Of a stretch of DNA of 64,000 bases, positions 24,483 to 37,463 are shown in pieces. Position 1 is the first letter of the stretch, and the number at the start of each line of letters is the position of its first letter. The stretch covers positions 62,001-126,000 of the forward strand of contig JAVKOQ020000078.1 in NCBI GenBank assembly GCA_031835245.2, written 5' to 3'. This DNA is from Balamuthia mandrillaris. Lineage: Eukaryota. Made by a program: the position numbers and the translations under genes. Below the pieces are notes generated by a model, which had not been told where the DNA came from, made no database searches, and saw only the letters and a program-made list of their open reading frames with translations.

Positions 24483-26523
24483 ATGGCACACAAAAAAGCG
24501 GCGGCTGGAGGGGGCAGAGCGCAGTCACGCTCCTTTGAGGAGGAACTCAAGTATATTGAGCACGCTGGCCCTTGTAAATACACCATCAAAACGGGTTTTG
24601 TGCCAAACATGAAGGCAAGTATTTTTTTTTTCTAACTTCATTGAGTCAGTGTGCGATTGTTATTAACCTATCGCTCTGTGTTTTCGCTTTGGCGAACAGG
24701 TGCCAGGCACTTTTTATGTCAATGACGCTCTCAAAGATCTCGTTCTGGAGGAACTGCAGGATTATTGCGCGAATCCCACCGGCCTCGGTGGTTTCATTCC
24801 TGCCGTATGTCCCTGTGTCTCCTTTTTTCTCCCCTCTCCCTCTTTTTTTTTCTCACTCCAACTAACCATATTTCTTAGTTGAAACAAATAGCAAATGTAG
24901 CCAGCCTGCCGGGCATCGTTGGCGGCTCTTTGGGCATGCCGGACGTTCACAGCGGCTATGGCTTTGCCATTGGCAACGTTGCTGCCTTTGACATGTCTGA
25001 TCCTCAAGCTATTGTCTCTCCTGGCGGTGTTGGCTTCGACATTAACTGCGGAGTGCGTCTTGTACGGACCAACTTGGACTACAAGGACATAAAAAATGTC
25101 AAGGAAGAACTCGCACAAACGTTATTTGACCACATTCCGGTGGGAGTTGGCTCCAAAGGTGTTATACCTACCACAAGCCGAGACCTTGAAGAGGCCCTCG
25201 TATGTTTTCTCCCTCCCCATGTTTCTCTTTCTCCTCTCTTCTCTTGCTATTTAAAGGATGAGCATTTTATTATAATCTGTCAATCCACTGAAAAGTCATG
25301 TTGACCTTTTATCTCTAAGAAGTTCTGAACCACTATTCTTTTTCCTTTATTGTTTTTCACTACTTTTTGTTTTACTTGTGCTCACACTCCTTTTGTCTCT
25401 GCTATGTAGGAAATGGGCATCGATTGGTCCCTTCGGGAAGGCTACGCTTGGGCAGAGGACAAGGAACATTGCGAAGAATATGGCCGCATGTTGAACGCTG
25501 ATCCCTCCAAAGTTAGCACCAGAGCCAAGAAACGAGGCCTGCCCCAATTGGGTACTTTGGGAGCTGGCAACCACTATGCTGAGGTACAAGTCGTGGATGA
25601 GATTTACGACAAGTATGCTGCAAGCCGAATGGGCATCGACCGCACAGGCCAGGTACTGAACTCGTTTGTTTTGATTTTGCTTTTGTTTTTGTTTTGTGGG
25701 TGTGTTTGTTTGAAAGATGAATCGACTATCAGACCAACTTTTGGAATGTTGAAACATTCAATTTTGTCCTCTAAGAAGTTCTGACATCAAACACAACGCC
25801 TTTTTTTCATATTTTATTTTCTTATTCTTATCCAAACTTAATCTCACCTCTTCTCTCCAAGGTATGCGTACTTATTCACAGTGGCAGCCGAGGATTGGGG
25901 CATCAAGTGGCAACAGACGCCCTTATCTTGATGGAAAAGGCAATGGCCCGCGACAAGATCCACGTGAACGATCGTCAACTGGCCTGCGCCCGCATCTCCT
26001 CCAAAGAAGGGCAGGACTACCTGGCTGCCATGGCCGCAGCCGCTAACTATGCCTGGGTCAACCGCCAGAGTATGACCTTTTTAGTTCGGCAGGCCTTTGC
26101 CAAAGTCTTCAACTCTACTCCTGATGACCTCGACATGAACCTCATCTACGACGTAAGCCACAATATTGCCAAAATGGAGGAGCACATGGTTGCAGGACGA
26201 CCCCAACAGCTGCTCGTCCATCGCAAGGGCAGCACCAGGGCTTTCCCGCCACACCACCCTCTGATTCCTGTCGACTATCAGTTCACTGGACAACCAGTTC
26301 TCATTGGCGGCACAATGGGCACTTATAGTTACGTGCTAACGGGTACGGAGAAGGGCATGGAGGAGACCTTTGGGTCCACCTGCCATGGAGCGGGCAGAGC
26401 CCTGTCAAGGAGCAAGTCGCGTAAGACGTTGGGATATCAGGAAGTGCTCAATCAGTTGTCACAGAAGGGCATTAGTATCCGTGTGGCTTCGCCTAAGCTT
26501 GTTATGGAGGAGGTACCCTGTCA

Positions 26524-26557
<34 letters not shown>

Positions 26558-26699
26558 CCTCAGCTGAAGAGTAACTTTCTCTTTCGAAAAGGCGCCAGAA
26601 TCGTACAAAGATGTAAACAACGTGGTGGACTCTTGCCATGATGCAGGCATTTCCAACAAAGCCATTCGCCTGAGACCCGTTGCTGTCATCAAGGGATAG
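24483..26699 (+). CDS. RTCB: tRNA-splicing ligase RtcB, eukaryotic type, multi-exon
   Basis: Motifs [63 protein letters not shown] and EE|APESYK. Confidence 0.97.
25255..25328 (+). ncRNA. Intronic box C/D snoRNA with two 18S rRNA guides (U61-like D guide plus a D' guide)
   Basis: Box C AGGATGA at 25255. D' CTGA at 25288 preceded by AATCTGTCAATCC, antisense to 18S GGATTGACAGATT. C' ATGTTGA. D CTGA at 25325 preceded by CTCTAAGAAGTT, antisense to 18S AACTTCTTAGAG. Confidence 0.85.
25714..25784 (+). ncRNA. Intronic box C/D snoRNA, U61/SNORD61-like
   Basis: Box C AAGATGA, C' ATGTTGA, guide CCTCTAAGAAGTT and box D CTGA at 25781. Flanking TGTGTTTG/CAAACACA can form a closing stem. Confidence 0.8.
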
Positions 26700-27099
26700 A
26701 ACAGCCGCACACCAACGAAAATGCAAGCTGAAGAGAGGTTGGCAAAGAAGCCCTCCCCTGTTGTTATTCATGACCATTAGAGGCAAAAAGAGCAGTACGA
26801 AAGCGAAGCAGACACCAGGCGGTAACTCCCCTTTGCGTAGGCCGGGAGAGCCAGCGCGCAGCAAACGGAGTGGCCAAGGGCAAAGAAAGAGGGAATGGCG
26901 GAGAGGGAACTACTTTCTTCTCTCTTCAGAAACCGAAAAAAAAAAAATTCCCTTTTTTGCCGACAAGCAGCATTTTTGGTCGACATAAAAAAGAAAATAA
27001 AAAGAACAGAAGATTTTCTTGGCCGCCAACTGCTGCGTTGGGGTGGAGTGCTCTGCCTGTTTTTTTTTGATTTTTTGTTTTCGAAACCTCAAGTAGGCG

Positions 27100-27428
27100 A
27101 TGCATTCCAGTAGTATGTAGTTTAAACCGTCGCTCTCTCTTTCTCTTGTCGTTTTAGTGTTAACTTGATCATTTCAATGTGTTAAAGGCAGAGGTGGAGG
27201 AGGCTCAGGAGGAGGAGGGGGAGGCGACAAGGTGATTGAGGAGCAAGTGGACACGGTCTACATCACGGGTCTTACCGAAGAAGTCACCGCAGAGGACTTG
27301 GCTGACCTGTTTGGCTCCATTGGTGTCATTAAGGTAACCAACCGGACTCAAATGCCAGTTCACTTTCCAGCTTGATTTGATCGACCTTGCCCTTAACTCA
27401 AACTTTTTTCCTCGCTCGCTCTCTTATT

Positions 27429-27465
<37 letters not shown>

Positions 27466-28533
27466 ATCGTTTTAAAATAGCTTGACAAGAAAAAGCGACC
27501 ACCTGAACCAAAGATCTACATCTACAAAGACAAAGAGACAGGAAAGAACAAAGGCGACGCCACGGTGACCTACGATGACCCAGAGGCGGCCAAGGCCTCC
27601 ATCGAATGGTTTGGTGGTAAGGAGTTCAAAGGCAGTGTCATCACAGTGCAAATGGCCCAAAGAAAAGTGAGCGCTCAGTTTGCTGCTGGTAGAGGAGGAG
27701 GCAGAGGAGGAGGAGGAAGAAGAGACAGTGATCGTTATGGTTCGTCGGATCGAGGAGGAGACTATGGAGAGGAGAGAGGTGGAGGAGGTGGTCGAGGTGG
27801 AGGCAGAGGTGGAGGTCGCGGTGGTGGTGGCGGTGCCGACTGGCTTTGTGAAAGGTTTGCTTGCTTGGTTTCCTTGCATTTATTTCTATTTTCTTTCTTT
27901 TCTAGTCTCATTGGTCTCTGACCTCTCTCTCTCTCTCTCAGTTGTGGAAACAATAACTTTGCGCGAAGGAATGAGTGCAATCGTTGTGGAGAACCAAGGC
28001 CTGCCGGTGCTGGTGCCAGTGATGACTTCCGTGGAGGTAGTGGCGGTGGAGGTTTCGCTGGAAGGGAGGGCGATTGGAGTTGTCCCAACCCATCGTACGT
28101 TTTCTGTTTTACTTCATGGCCTTTTTGTTTTGTTTTTAATGGTGTTGAGAAGATAGATAGAGAGGACGGAGAAGCTCATAGTCTTTCCTTTGTTCTCACC
28201 TTTTCTTTTTGCAGTTGTGGAAACACGAACTGGGCTAGACGGACATCGTGCAACCGATGTGGCACTGCTAAGCCCGGCCAAACCTTTGGTGGTAATGCAG
28301 GCAGTGATCGTGGTGGTGACCGAAGACGAGACGACCGTCGAGGCGGTTATGGAGATCGAAGAGGAAGCGGGGAGCGTGACCGAGGCGACCGTGGTGATCG
28401 TGGTGACCGCGGCGGTGATTTTGGTGGAAGGGATTATAGCTATGGAAGAGAGGGGGAGGAGGACAACAGAGACCGATCTGGATATCAAAAGTCGAGGTCC
28501 TCTCGTCGAGATAATAGGGACAGACCCTATTGA
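27100..28533 (+). CDS. FET-family (TAF15/FUS/EWS-like) RNA-binding protein with RRM, RGG repeats and RanBP2-type Zn fingers
   Basis: DTVYITGL..FGSIGVIK, KGDATVTYDDP, DWLCE|SCGNNNFARRNECNRC, GDWSCPNP|SCGNTNWARRTSCNRC. C-terminal DRPY* is PY-NLS-like. Confidence 0.9.
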
Positions 28534-28539
28534 GGCAAC

Positions 28540-28582
<43 letters not shown>

Positions 28583-29633
28583 ATGCTTTCCAATTCGAGT
28601 TTATAGTCTATGAACAAAATTAATACAGGAAATGTATTCATGCATGCTCTCGTTTCTTCTCACTGGATATCTGTTGCAGAAAGAACAAAAAGCAAACTGG
28701 GGTGACTTCCTTCAAACTTGCGAAGGAAAAAACGTTTCACCAAGGAAGACAGTATCCTAGCAATTCGGAATAGGTTTCCGCCGGCGTTCCTGATCTTTTT
28801 GTTATCCTAACTCGTCGAAGCAGACAGAGCACCGGGAGCGATGCGCAACAGCAACGTAAACACGCTTCAACCTGCTCAAAAATGCCAGACCCGATACAAC
28901 AGTTCATAATGGTAAAAGGCACGACCGGGTTGTGTTCCGATCAACTCTCTCATTTACAGGCACTGTTTGCATTGTCACTCTTGCTGGGTTGACAGTAACC
29001 TTCGGTCTCTTCGCAACTTCTCTTTTCATAGCACAAATGGTAAGGTATTATTTTTGGTGTTGTTGCAGCAACAACAAAAACGTTGTTGTTTGACTGTCTC
29101 CCCAGCCCACAGAAAACCGACGTGCTTCTCCGTTGATTGTGCGCCTGTTAGCTTGTCTGGCAGGGTCGCCATAGGTCAATTGCGCTACATCAAAAACTGA
29201 TTCTTTCTCATCCAAGCCACTGAGGCTACAATGGGTGGGTCATCAGGCTACGCGACAGCAATGTTAAATCCACAGAAAAACTGTTTGTTGGGGTTGAACG
29301 TAACTATGGAAACCCGATAGCGGCGTTTTTCTGAAAATCCTCTGAAATTTCAGCGTTGTCGTGGTCTCCTATTGTCATGCCAACGCAACTTACATCTTTT
29401 TTCCATAAAAAGAAGAGGTGCCGTAGTAACCCGATTCTAGTTTCTATGGAGACAGTCTCCACGGCAACATCGCTATTGGGATTTATTAAGGGTTTTTTTT
29501 GATGGTCTCTTTTATTCTGATAAGAAACCCAGAAACAGATAACATCAGCGATATCTGATCCGTGTCTCCCGATGAGCATTGGGAGATCACCCTGGTTAAC
29601 ACATTTTCATCGACGCTCAAGAATAAGACCACC

Positions 29634-30615
29634 ATGTACCAGAAAAATTGTGAGGAGGAGGAAGCGCACGCCGAACCGCTAGCCCAACAGACCCCTGAGC
29701 AGAGTAATGATGCGGCAACCCGCTTTGGTTTGACGAGTTACACGACGGCCCAACCACCTCCCTACCAGGAATATTTCTCGCACTCCCAGGCGGCTCCTTC
29801 TGCCTCTACAGAATTCCCAGCTGGTACATCATCTCATCTCTTTGGGCTACCTGCTCGCTCTGGAACCCATTTTGTGTTTATTTCGTTGTTTCTATGCTGA
29901 CCTTGCTCCTTTCTGCACGTTTTTTTTCTTTTGTAAAATGAAAACTAAACAAAAGGGCCTCCAGCGTCTTCATCTTTGGTGGTCAGTGATGGTCACTGGA
30001 TAGAAGAACACCCCCCAGCCAGGGCGGAGAGTGGGAGGCAACCACCTTTCTTGTCAACGAATTGTTGGGAGAGTTACGGCTTCGTGGGGTCTTTGCAAGC
30101 AGGAGAACAGTTACCCGTTCGACCTCTTACCCCGACGACTTGCTCTTCGTTTACAGAGGAGGGAGAAGGCCAGCGGCTTTCGACAACCACAACCACAACC
30201 TTATGTCATTCCCCTTTTTCTACAAGTTACTCACAATCCATCACAGAAGACTTTCACCCATCCACTTCCTCTTCTTCTTCAACCGCTCTGCTGCCTCCCT
30301 CTCCTTATGTTTCTTTATCTGAACAGCAACAACGCGACTCTCTCCTTAATCGCGAACAACAGCAATCTGCCTGGGCCGTCCACCTCCCTATGTTGCCAGC
30401 AGAAACGGGGCCATTACCGCCATTCGTGCTGCGTTACGTGAACGCCTATCTGATGTATGCCTCTCATCTCTATCCACTTGATGCAGCTTGTACCGATACC
30501 AAAGTTCTCTATCGAGTTTGCTGCACCGACACTGCCGCCGATGGTGCTGAAAATGTCAGTGCCGCTGCTTTGGCTGTACGCGTGTGCATAGCCATCGGTA
30601 CTGTCACGTTCTCCT

Positions 30616-30652
<37 letters not shown>

Positions 30653-32404
30653 CTCCATCACATCTCTAATCCTTAATATCAGGAACAATGTTGCTTAAAG
30701 AGACAGCGTTGATGGAGGAGCAAATGACATTAGCTGAGCTCACGTTGCAGGCCCTTTTCAGCGAAGAGCATCGAGAACAATCTCTAACAAGCTATTCCAT
30801 TGCCCTATCGGCACATGCCATGGCATGGCACGCGATGTACTATCGAAGAGACGCCGATAAATATTGTAAGTTCTTTAACATCTCGATGAATATCTGTAAA
30901 CGAATTCAGGCTTTCAACTCGGATGCTTACGTGAAAAGCTTGTATGCATTCAATCTTGCCAAGTTTCGCGAGAGGCTTTCGGAAGCGGAGAGAAGAAAGC
31001 TCAAGAAACAAATGTCAATGATTAAAGAGTCCCCTTACCATCCTCCTCCACCACCTTCTTCATTGAGGAATCCTTTGTCTTCACCGTCGTCTCCAGCTTC
31101 TTCCGTAACTACTTCGCCGTTTTCTTCCCCTCTCTTTCATCCTTCCAACTTTGGAACCACCCAGCGAACATCCTCTCCTTCACCGACTGAAACAACGGAA
31201 CCAGCACACACTGAATCCTCTTCCAGATCGAGCTCCCCAACCAACCGCGAATCTCCTCCTTTTTACTTTCCATCTCCATCCGACGTCCAGTTCGCGTCTT
31301 CAGCGCCATCTACGACATTGTCTTCAGCCTCTGCTGGAAAAACACATCCAGGTTACATCGGCGAGATTCCTTATCAATCCTTAGAGCTCGTTAACTCTGG
31401 TTCGTTTCTTGTTGTTTGTCGTTCCTCTATTTCTTTTTCATGTCCTGATGTTTTCTTTTATTATAATTACTGCAGCTTTCAATGTCTTTACGTGCGTTAT
31501 GGTGGGGATCAACCACTGCAACTCTACGGGACAGGGCAAGAGTTTGCTGTACAAGCTGTTAACAGTGCTTCACACGGTAGAGGAGGAATTGAGGGCAGAG
31601 CTATCGTCTTTTCGAGCGCTTGTACGACACCGATTTCGAATGGATGAACGAATGCACAACATTCGTGGAAAACCTTCAGAAAAGACGGATGTGCATGACA
31701 GAGAAATAGGATACATCTCCGAAGGGGAAGAAGATGAGAGCGATGAAGAGGAGGAGGAAGCTGAAGGAGATGAAGCGAGACGCAGCATTCTCCCGCTTCA
31801 AGTTCAACTCATCATCCAATTGCATCTTCTCGCGTTACGAATAGAGTGCCATTGGACGTTAGGAAGAAAAGAAAACGCCATCAAATGGGCCAAAGACCTT
31901 CTTTTGTGTTGCCTCGCCGGAGAACCTCTCTTGGAGACGACGATGGGATCCTTGTTATTTGTGCTTCGGACCGCATTTCGCACATTCCTCGTTGTGAAGG
32001 AGATGAACCTTCTTCAAACCTTGCTGACGGTCACTCTGTCACTCTCTTCTTCGGTTCCGGCCGTCAACGCCGTGCATCAAGAGTTCACGCGGCATGTGGA
32101 AGAGGCTGCTTCCAGAGCACGGAGAAGGAAAGGCCGGAAGCGGGCTCGCAAACCAGGAAGCGAAGAAGAAGAAGGTCAGCAACAACAGAAACGACAAAGC
32201 GATGGGTTGGAGGAAGATGCGGTGTTGCGAGAAAGACTGCAGAAGAGTAGACGAAGATCAGCACCAGACCTCTCAGCAGAGTTCTTGGAACTGTCGGCTT
32301 CTGCTATAAGCTATGATAGCAGAGGAGATAGCAGTGGGCCAAGCAGGACATCTTCTCTGTCTTCGGATGGAAGTGCAGAATGGGGGACCTCCTTTAGACC
32401 ATAA
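29634..32404 (+). CDS. Hypothetical multi-exon protein with Ser/Pro-rich and helical regions
   Basis: Consecutive long + strand ORFs are separated by intron-like pyrimidine tracts. No family motif recognised. Confidence 0.6.
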
Positions 32405-32952
32405 CAAATCTTTTCTTGCACTGTAGTTTTTCATTGTCATGTCTTTGTTTTTCGCTCTTCGGCCGGATGCAACATCCAATCCCTCCTTTATGATTGGGGG
32501 TGATGAAGGTTGCTCCGAGCACGGAGACCTTTTGTGGACGCGTTCTTCTTGGAGTATCCTACGGACAGGAAAAAATGGAAGGCAAGCAGTTTCTGTCTTC
32601 GAAAAAGACTCAAACGATGTCCTTCGTTTCAGGTCTGCAAAAAACGCTTCGCGTTGAGAACAAACACAAAAGTTTTGTTTTTTAAAAAGAAGAGGGATGC
32701 AGCGCCCATACGCTCGTGTCTTGCGCTCGTCTTGCGCTTCTGTTCCCACCTCTCGGAGTTATTTAACGTCGTCGCCACCTGCGCTCTACAACAACAAGCG
32801 GCGACGAACGGTTTTGCCCATTTCTCTACATTGGCGCTGCTGCTCTGTTTCCACGGACAATCATTTATCCGAACTGGACAAAAGAGACCCAAAGGCAATA
32901 TATTGTTGTTTCAACTGACTCTTTCTACTCCACTCATCACTACAACCAAGCC

Positions 32953-34114
32953 ATGAAACCCCTCGAAGGAATGTCGGAGGGTGAGGTTCACGCATGGCTA
33001 GAGAAACAAAAGGACTTTGCGCAGTTTGCTCAAACGTTCATAAGTCTGAGTGGCAAGCACATAGCTGGGCTAACCGAAGCACAGTTACAAAACGCGTTTG
33101 GGAATTTGCAAGGGAGTGCCCTCTTAAATGCCCTCCAATCCTTGAAGTCTGCTGCAAGGTTTGTGTGGAGGTCCTTGAATTGAAAATTACCAACGCCCGT
33201 TTCATTGTCCTTCCCTCTTGCCAAGGCCCACAAACGTTGGAAGAACTTGGCCGACTGTTTTCAGCAAATGGGATAGTGTTCAAGAGTACACATGCTGGAA
33301 CAAGCCGCCCCCTGTAAGCGTCATTCTTTCTACTTTTACCGCTCTCTTTTTTAAACCACTCATCTACTCTGCCATTCAGGAGGAGCAAAAGAAGGTGCTC
33401 GGTCCCCTTTTGGCCAGTCGTCACGCCGAGCAAAGGTGATCCCGAGATGCCCTACGAGAACTTCAACTTTCTGTACGCCCACAGCGGGATTGGGAACGGC
33501 GCCCTGTAGAATCTATTGGCGCTTCTCAATGACATGAGCACGAACATCGTGATCAACCTGGGGCTCTCTGGCGCAGGAAAGACCCACCTGCTCGTCTAAC
33601 TGGCGCAGCGAGGCGAATGCTGGGTACTTTTCTACGACTGCGGCTCGAATGCTCGGCAGATAGGCAACATCATCGCAAACGACAAAAATGTTAAAAAGTT
33701 CGATATAGCCTATGAGCAGTTTGTACTAAATTGGCGATGCTCAACTTTCAACTTGCGCAAGCCTACACACTCCTGCGACTGCTCAGAGATGGCGCGCTCA
33801 AAGAGCCAGGGCAGTTCTTGCGATACCTAGAAAACGGGGGACAAGAGGACGTTAGACAAGCTTTCGTGATTCTCTGTCGCAGAGTGGAGGATCTGTCCAC
33901 CTCGCAACATTTGAAGAATCTCGTCCTTACAGAAATCAAACAAGTTGGAAAGAAGCCGGTCGTCGTGGCGTGGGATGTGGCGGGGCTTCTGATGCAGTGG
34001 GGCGCCGGCATGGTGCCATTTTCCAATCTCCCCGCGAACCCGATAAGATCCCACCAGCGGGTACCTCATCGACGCTGGGTCCGCCTTCACTGTGGCCTGC
34101 CGCGTCGCACATGA
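32953..34114 (+). pseudogene. Decayed gene with SAM-like N-terminal domain and P-loop NTPase (Crinkler/CR-effector-like)
   Basis: Header MSEGEVHAWL..FAQTF..LSGKHIAGLTEAQL. Walker A GLSGAGKT is flanked by in-frame TAG (33507) and TAA (33597). A frameshift near 33730 precedes a Walker B-like VVVAWDV. Confidence 0.65.
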
Positions 34115-34234
34115 CAGCGATGGAAAAACCATCTTCTGCTGTGCACATGTGTGCAATTGTTTATGCCTTTATTTTCAATCTCCTTGTCTCTCTGTCGAAA
34201 ATGAGTTATGCGCAGGCTCACATCCAATGGGCAA

Positions 34235-34277
<43 letters not shown>

Positions 34278-34356
34278 CTTTTTCTCTTTCTGCAGGAGAG
34301 GAGTGGGGAAACAGGGATTAATACTGGAACAAATAGAGTTGGAGAAGCCAATTACA

Positions 34357-36504
34357 TTACACAGCAGAAGATCCATCCCTTTGCAAGCTGATACTTTTCC
34401 GTACAGCACGCGTTATCTGCGAACTTACTCTGCTTAGTTTCTGTGCCATTTGCAACTTCTTTGAAACGTCCTCGTCCTTATCTGTCTCGTCCATAATTTC
34501 TTCTTGTATCAGTTCCTCTATAACGTCCTCCAATGTTATGATCCCTAAATACTCTGTGTCTTCACTGTTGGCCACCAACGCCATGTGACCTTTTGTGAAC
34601 ATTAACTGTTTGTAAGCAACAAGATAGAGACAGGGAGGAGAAGACTAACAGAAAGGACTCAAAAGAAAATGAAGAAAGACGTACTTTTGCCATTCTGAAA
34701 CTCGTTGAGAATGTCGTAAAGCGGAGTATTGGCAAAGACGGTAGGCATGTAATTCAGTTTAAGATCTCGAATGGGAACCGCGTCTGCTGGATTCAACACG
34801 ATTAGGTTCTTGACAAGAAGGAGACCTTCTATATTCTCCTTGCTGCCGTTAGTAATAGGCACTCTTGAATGACCCGAATCCAAAAGCTATTCTTGTTATC
34901 AGATAAGAAAGAGATGAAGACAGCGAGTGAAGTAGAAGTAAAAGACCTTCGTCATGGTTTTGTAGTCAAGTACGTCGTTGATGTCAAGGCAGAAAACCTT
35001 CTCCATCGGCGTCATGCAACTTACTGCCGTCTTTTCAATCATGTCTAGAGCTCCTAGAATTATTGTCACTTCGTCATTCATAAGAGGTCCTGCAGCTTCA
35101 TGTTGCTTCACAAGTTCTCTCAATTCTTCGAGTACAGTGAAGGATGTGTTCCCAGGTAAGAAAAAGAGAAAAAGAGAACGAAACTGAAGAGAGAAAGAAA
35201 AACAACCTGCACGCCTAAAATAAGTCAAATGTTCGTGGCCCAGTATCAAGTCGAGCAACTTGCTAAGTGGCCATGCTATCACGAACAGGCCAATCATCAA
35301 CAGCTTTACCAGCCATGCTGTATTCGCGCCAATGGCCAACCCAAATCTTGTGCAGAGAGCTTGTGGGATGACCCTTTTTGGTGTGTTTTGTTTAGGTAGT
35401 TTGTTGCAAAAAGAAAAAAAAAAGAAAAAAAAGAAAAAAAAGAAAAAAAAGAAAAAAGAAAAAAGAAAAAATAAAGGAGAGAACAAAGGAAAGAGAGCCA
35501 TAAAGAAAGAAAAATAGAAAAGAAAGCAACGTACTCTCCGAAGAAGAGAACAAGAGTAACAGAGACGAGAACAGCGTAGAAAGGGTTCATCATGCGATCC
35601 AGAAAAAGGGGCAATGCTTCCATGGCGGCAGCGTTGGCCAACAGCAGTGTCACCAGGAGCAAATGGTGCTTCTTCACCACCGGCAAAATCTTGCTGGCAT
35701 ATCTCTTCTCCTTTGGTGTTCCGGATTGCTCCAACACTTGCAAGCTCATCACGTTCAAAGACATGAGTCCTATCGTCAAGCCTGACATCAAGCCTATTAT
35801 TACCGTGTGAAAGAACCTGTTAGCCTCCATTGAAGAGAAGAAGAGAAGAGCAGCAGAGCAGAGCAGAGCAGAGCAAAGCAAAGCAAAGAGAAGAGAAGCG
35901 AAGAGAAGGAAGGGGAGACAAGAGGGAACTGAAGGAAGAGAAGCAACAGAAGCGAACCTGCAGTGCAGACGAGACAGAAGGAAACAAAGCCGTAAAATAT
36001 GATCCAACGGATGTCATCCTCCACTTCACTAGGAAAATATAAAACGCCTTCGCACTCCAACCTTTGTTTTTTTTTTTTTGGTTGTAAGAAAACAGAAAAA
36101 AAAAAAGGGAAGAGAGAAGGAGAGACTGCTGTTTGGCAGAAGCTCCAAACAAAGAATAAAAAGGGAAGGAAAACAACAGACTCTTCATGAAACACTTTGC
36201 ATGTTATGTTGGAGCCAACAGCAGGCAATTCTCCAGACTCTCTCTTCATCTTGATGAGAAGATTCGTGTTCGTGTTGTGGAGGTCCGTCACTGCAACCAC
36301 TGGCGTCACTGCGAGCGAAGCGGAGGGCTCGTCCGCCTTAATGTCGTTGGAGACATGAGCATGAGCGCTGGCCTGTCCCGCCGCCGTCGCCACCACCACC
36401 ACCACCAGCAGCAGCGCCGACACGACCCGAAAGCCCCTGCCCCAGCCAACCTCAGCAGCAGCAGCAGCAGCAGCAGGAGGCAGGCCACCTTTCCTTGTTC
36501 CCAT
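34357..36504 (-). CDS. CNNM/DUF21-CBS domain metal transporter-like protein; 3' end uncertain
   Basis: Motifs GLMSGLTIGLMSL, HLLLVTLLLANAAAMEALP, LFFGE|VIPQA, GHSRVP and GIITLEDVIEELIQEEIMDETD. Confidence 0.92.
35408..35471. repeat. A-rich (A8G)n-like tandem repeat in a CNNM intron
   Basis: Directly visible in the sequence. Confidence 0.85.
35843..35886. repeat. (AGAGC/AAAGC)n pentanucleotide repeat in a CNNM intron
   Basis: Directly visible in the sequence. Confidence 0.85.
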
Positions 36505-36742
36505 CCTCTTTCCTCCTCTTTCCTTTCCTTTCCTTTTCTTTTCTATTCTTTTCTTTTGTTGGTCCCTTTTTTTCCATTTCTGATTTACGGGGTCCCGTTT
36601 TTTCCTTTTTAAGGCGTGACACGTGCTCTTTTATTTCGCTGCACAAGTGTTCCACGAATTGTGTACAATTGGTGGGACTTTTATTTTTTATTTTTTTTTT
36701 TAACTTCAAAATATTACAGTTTAAAAGGGGAGGGAAGGGTTA

Positions 36743-37432
36743 CTACTTGCGATGGCCTCGTTGCTTTTTGGTGGATGAGGAAGCGGGGGAGGAAGAGGAA
36801 GGAGAGGAAAAGTCGAGAAAGAGGGATGGAGGAGGAGGTCCCGCTGCTGAACACGCCTCCTCCACTTTGCGTTTTACTGCCACCGAAATGCCTTCCGAAG
36901 AAACTCTGCCGATAACGAAAACACAACAATGCCACTTCAGCGATCAACAAAAGAAAAGCGAAAGGAAAAACAGGATAAAGGAGCAAAAAATAAGGGGACG
37001 TACTGGTCCGATGAAAAGGAGTTTAAGAGATGTTTAATTTGCCATATGTTCAAACTGGTGAAGACCTGCCCAAGATCTACTGAGTCATCCTCAAAGAAAC
37101 TCTTGCCAAGCACCAACACGTTGGCCGCCTCGTAGATATGATCCAGCTGCGATGCTATCGCATTCTATTGCATTGCGTCTCTCTGTCAGAAGCAGGAGAA
37201 GAGATAAAGAATGAGGAAGAGGAGGGTACATCAGATTTGTTGGACGTAATTCCACAGTTGACAAGCCAGGTCTTCAGTTCCGAAATCGCATACTTGAGCT
37301 TGAAGCCAAAGCCACATGTACATAGCTCAGATTGCTTCAACAAAGCATTGAACAGCCGACAATTAATAAAGTAGAAGATCTATATGTAATTTTCTTCTTG
37401 AGTATTCCTTTCCGGTTTCAAAGCAGGAAGAG

Positions 37433-37463
<31 letters not shown>

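Noticed and set aside
28700..29600. About 0.9 kb gap with short ORFs
   Set aside because: No motif, repeat or clear RNA structure found. Treated as intergenic or promoter sequence.
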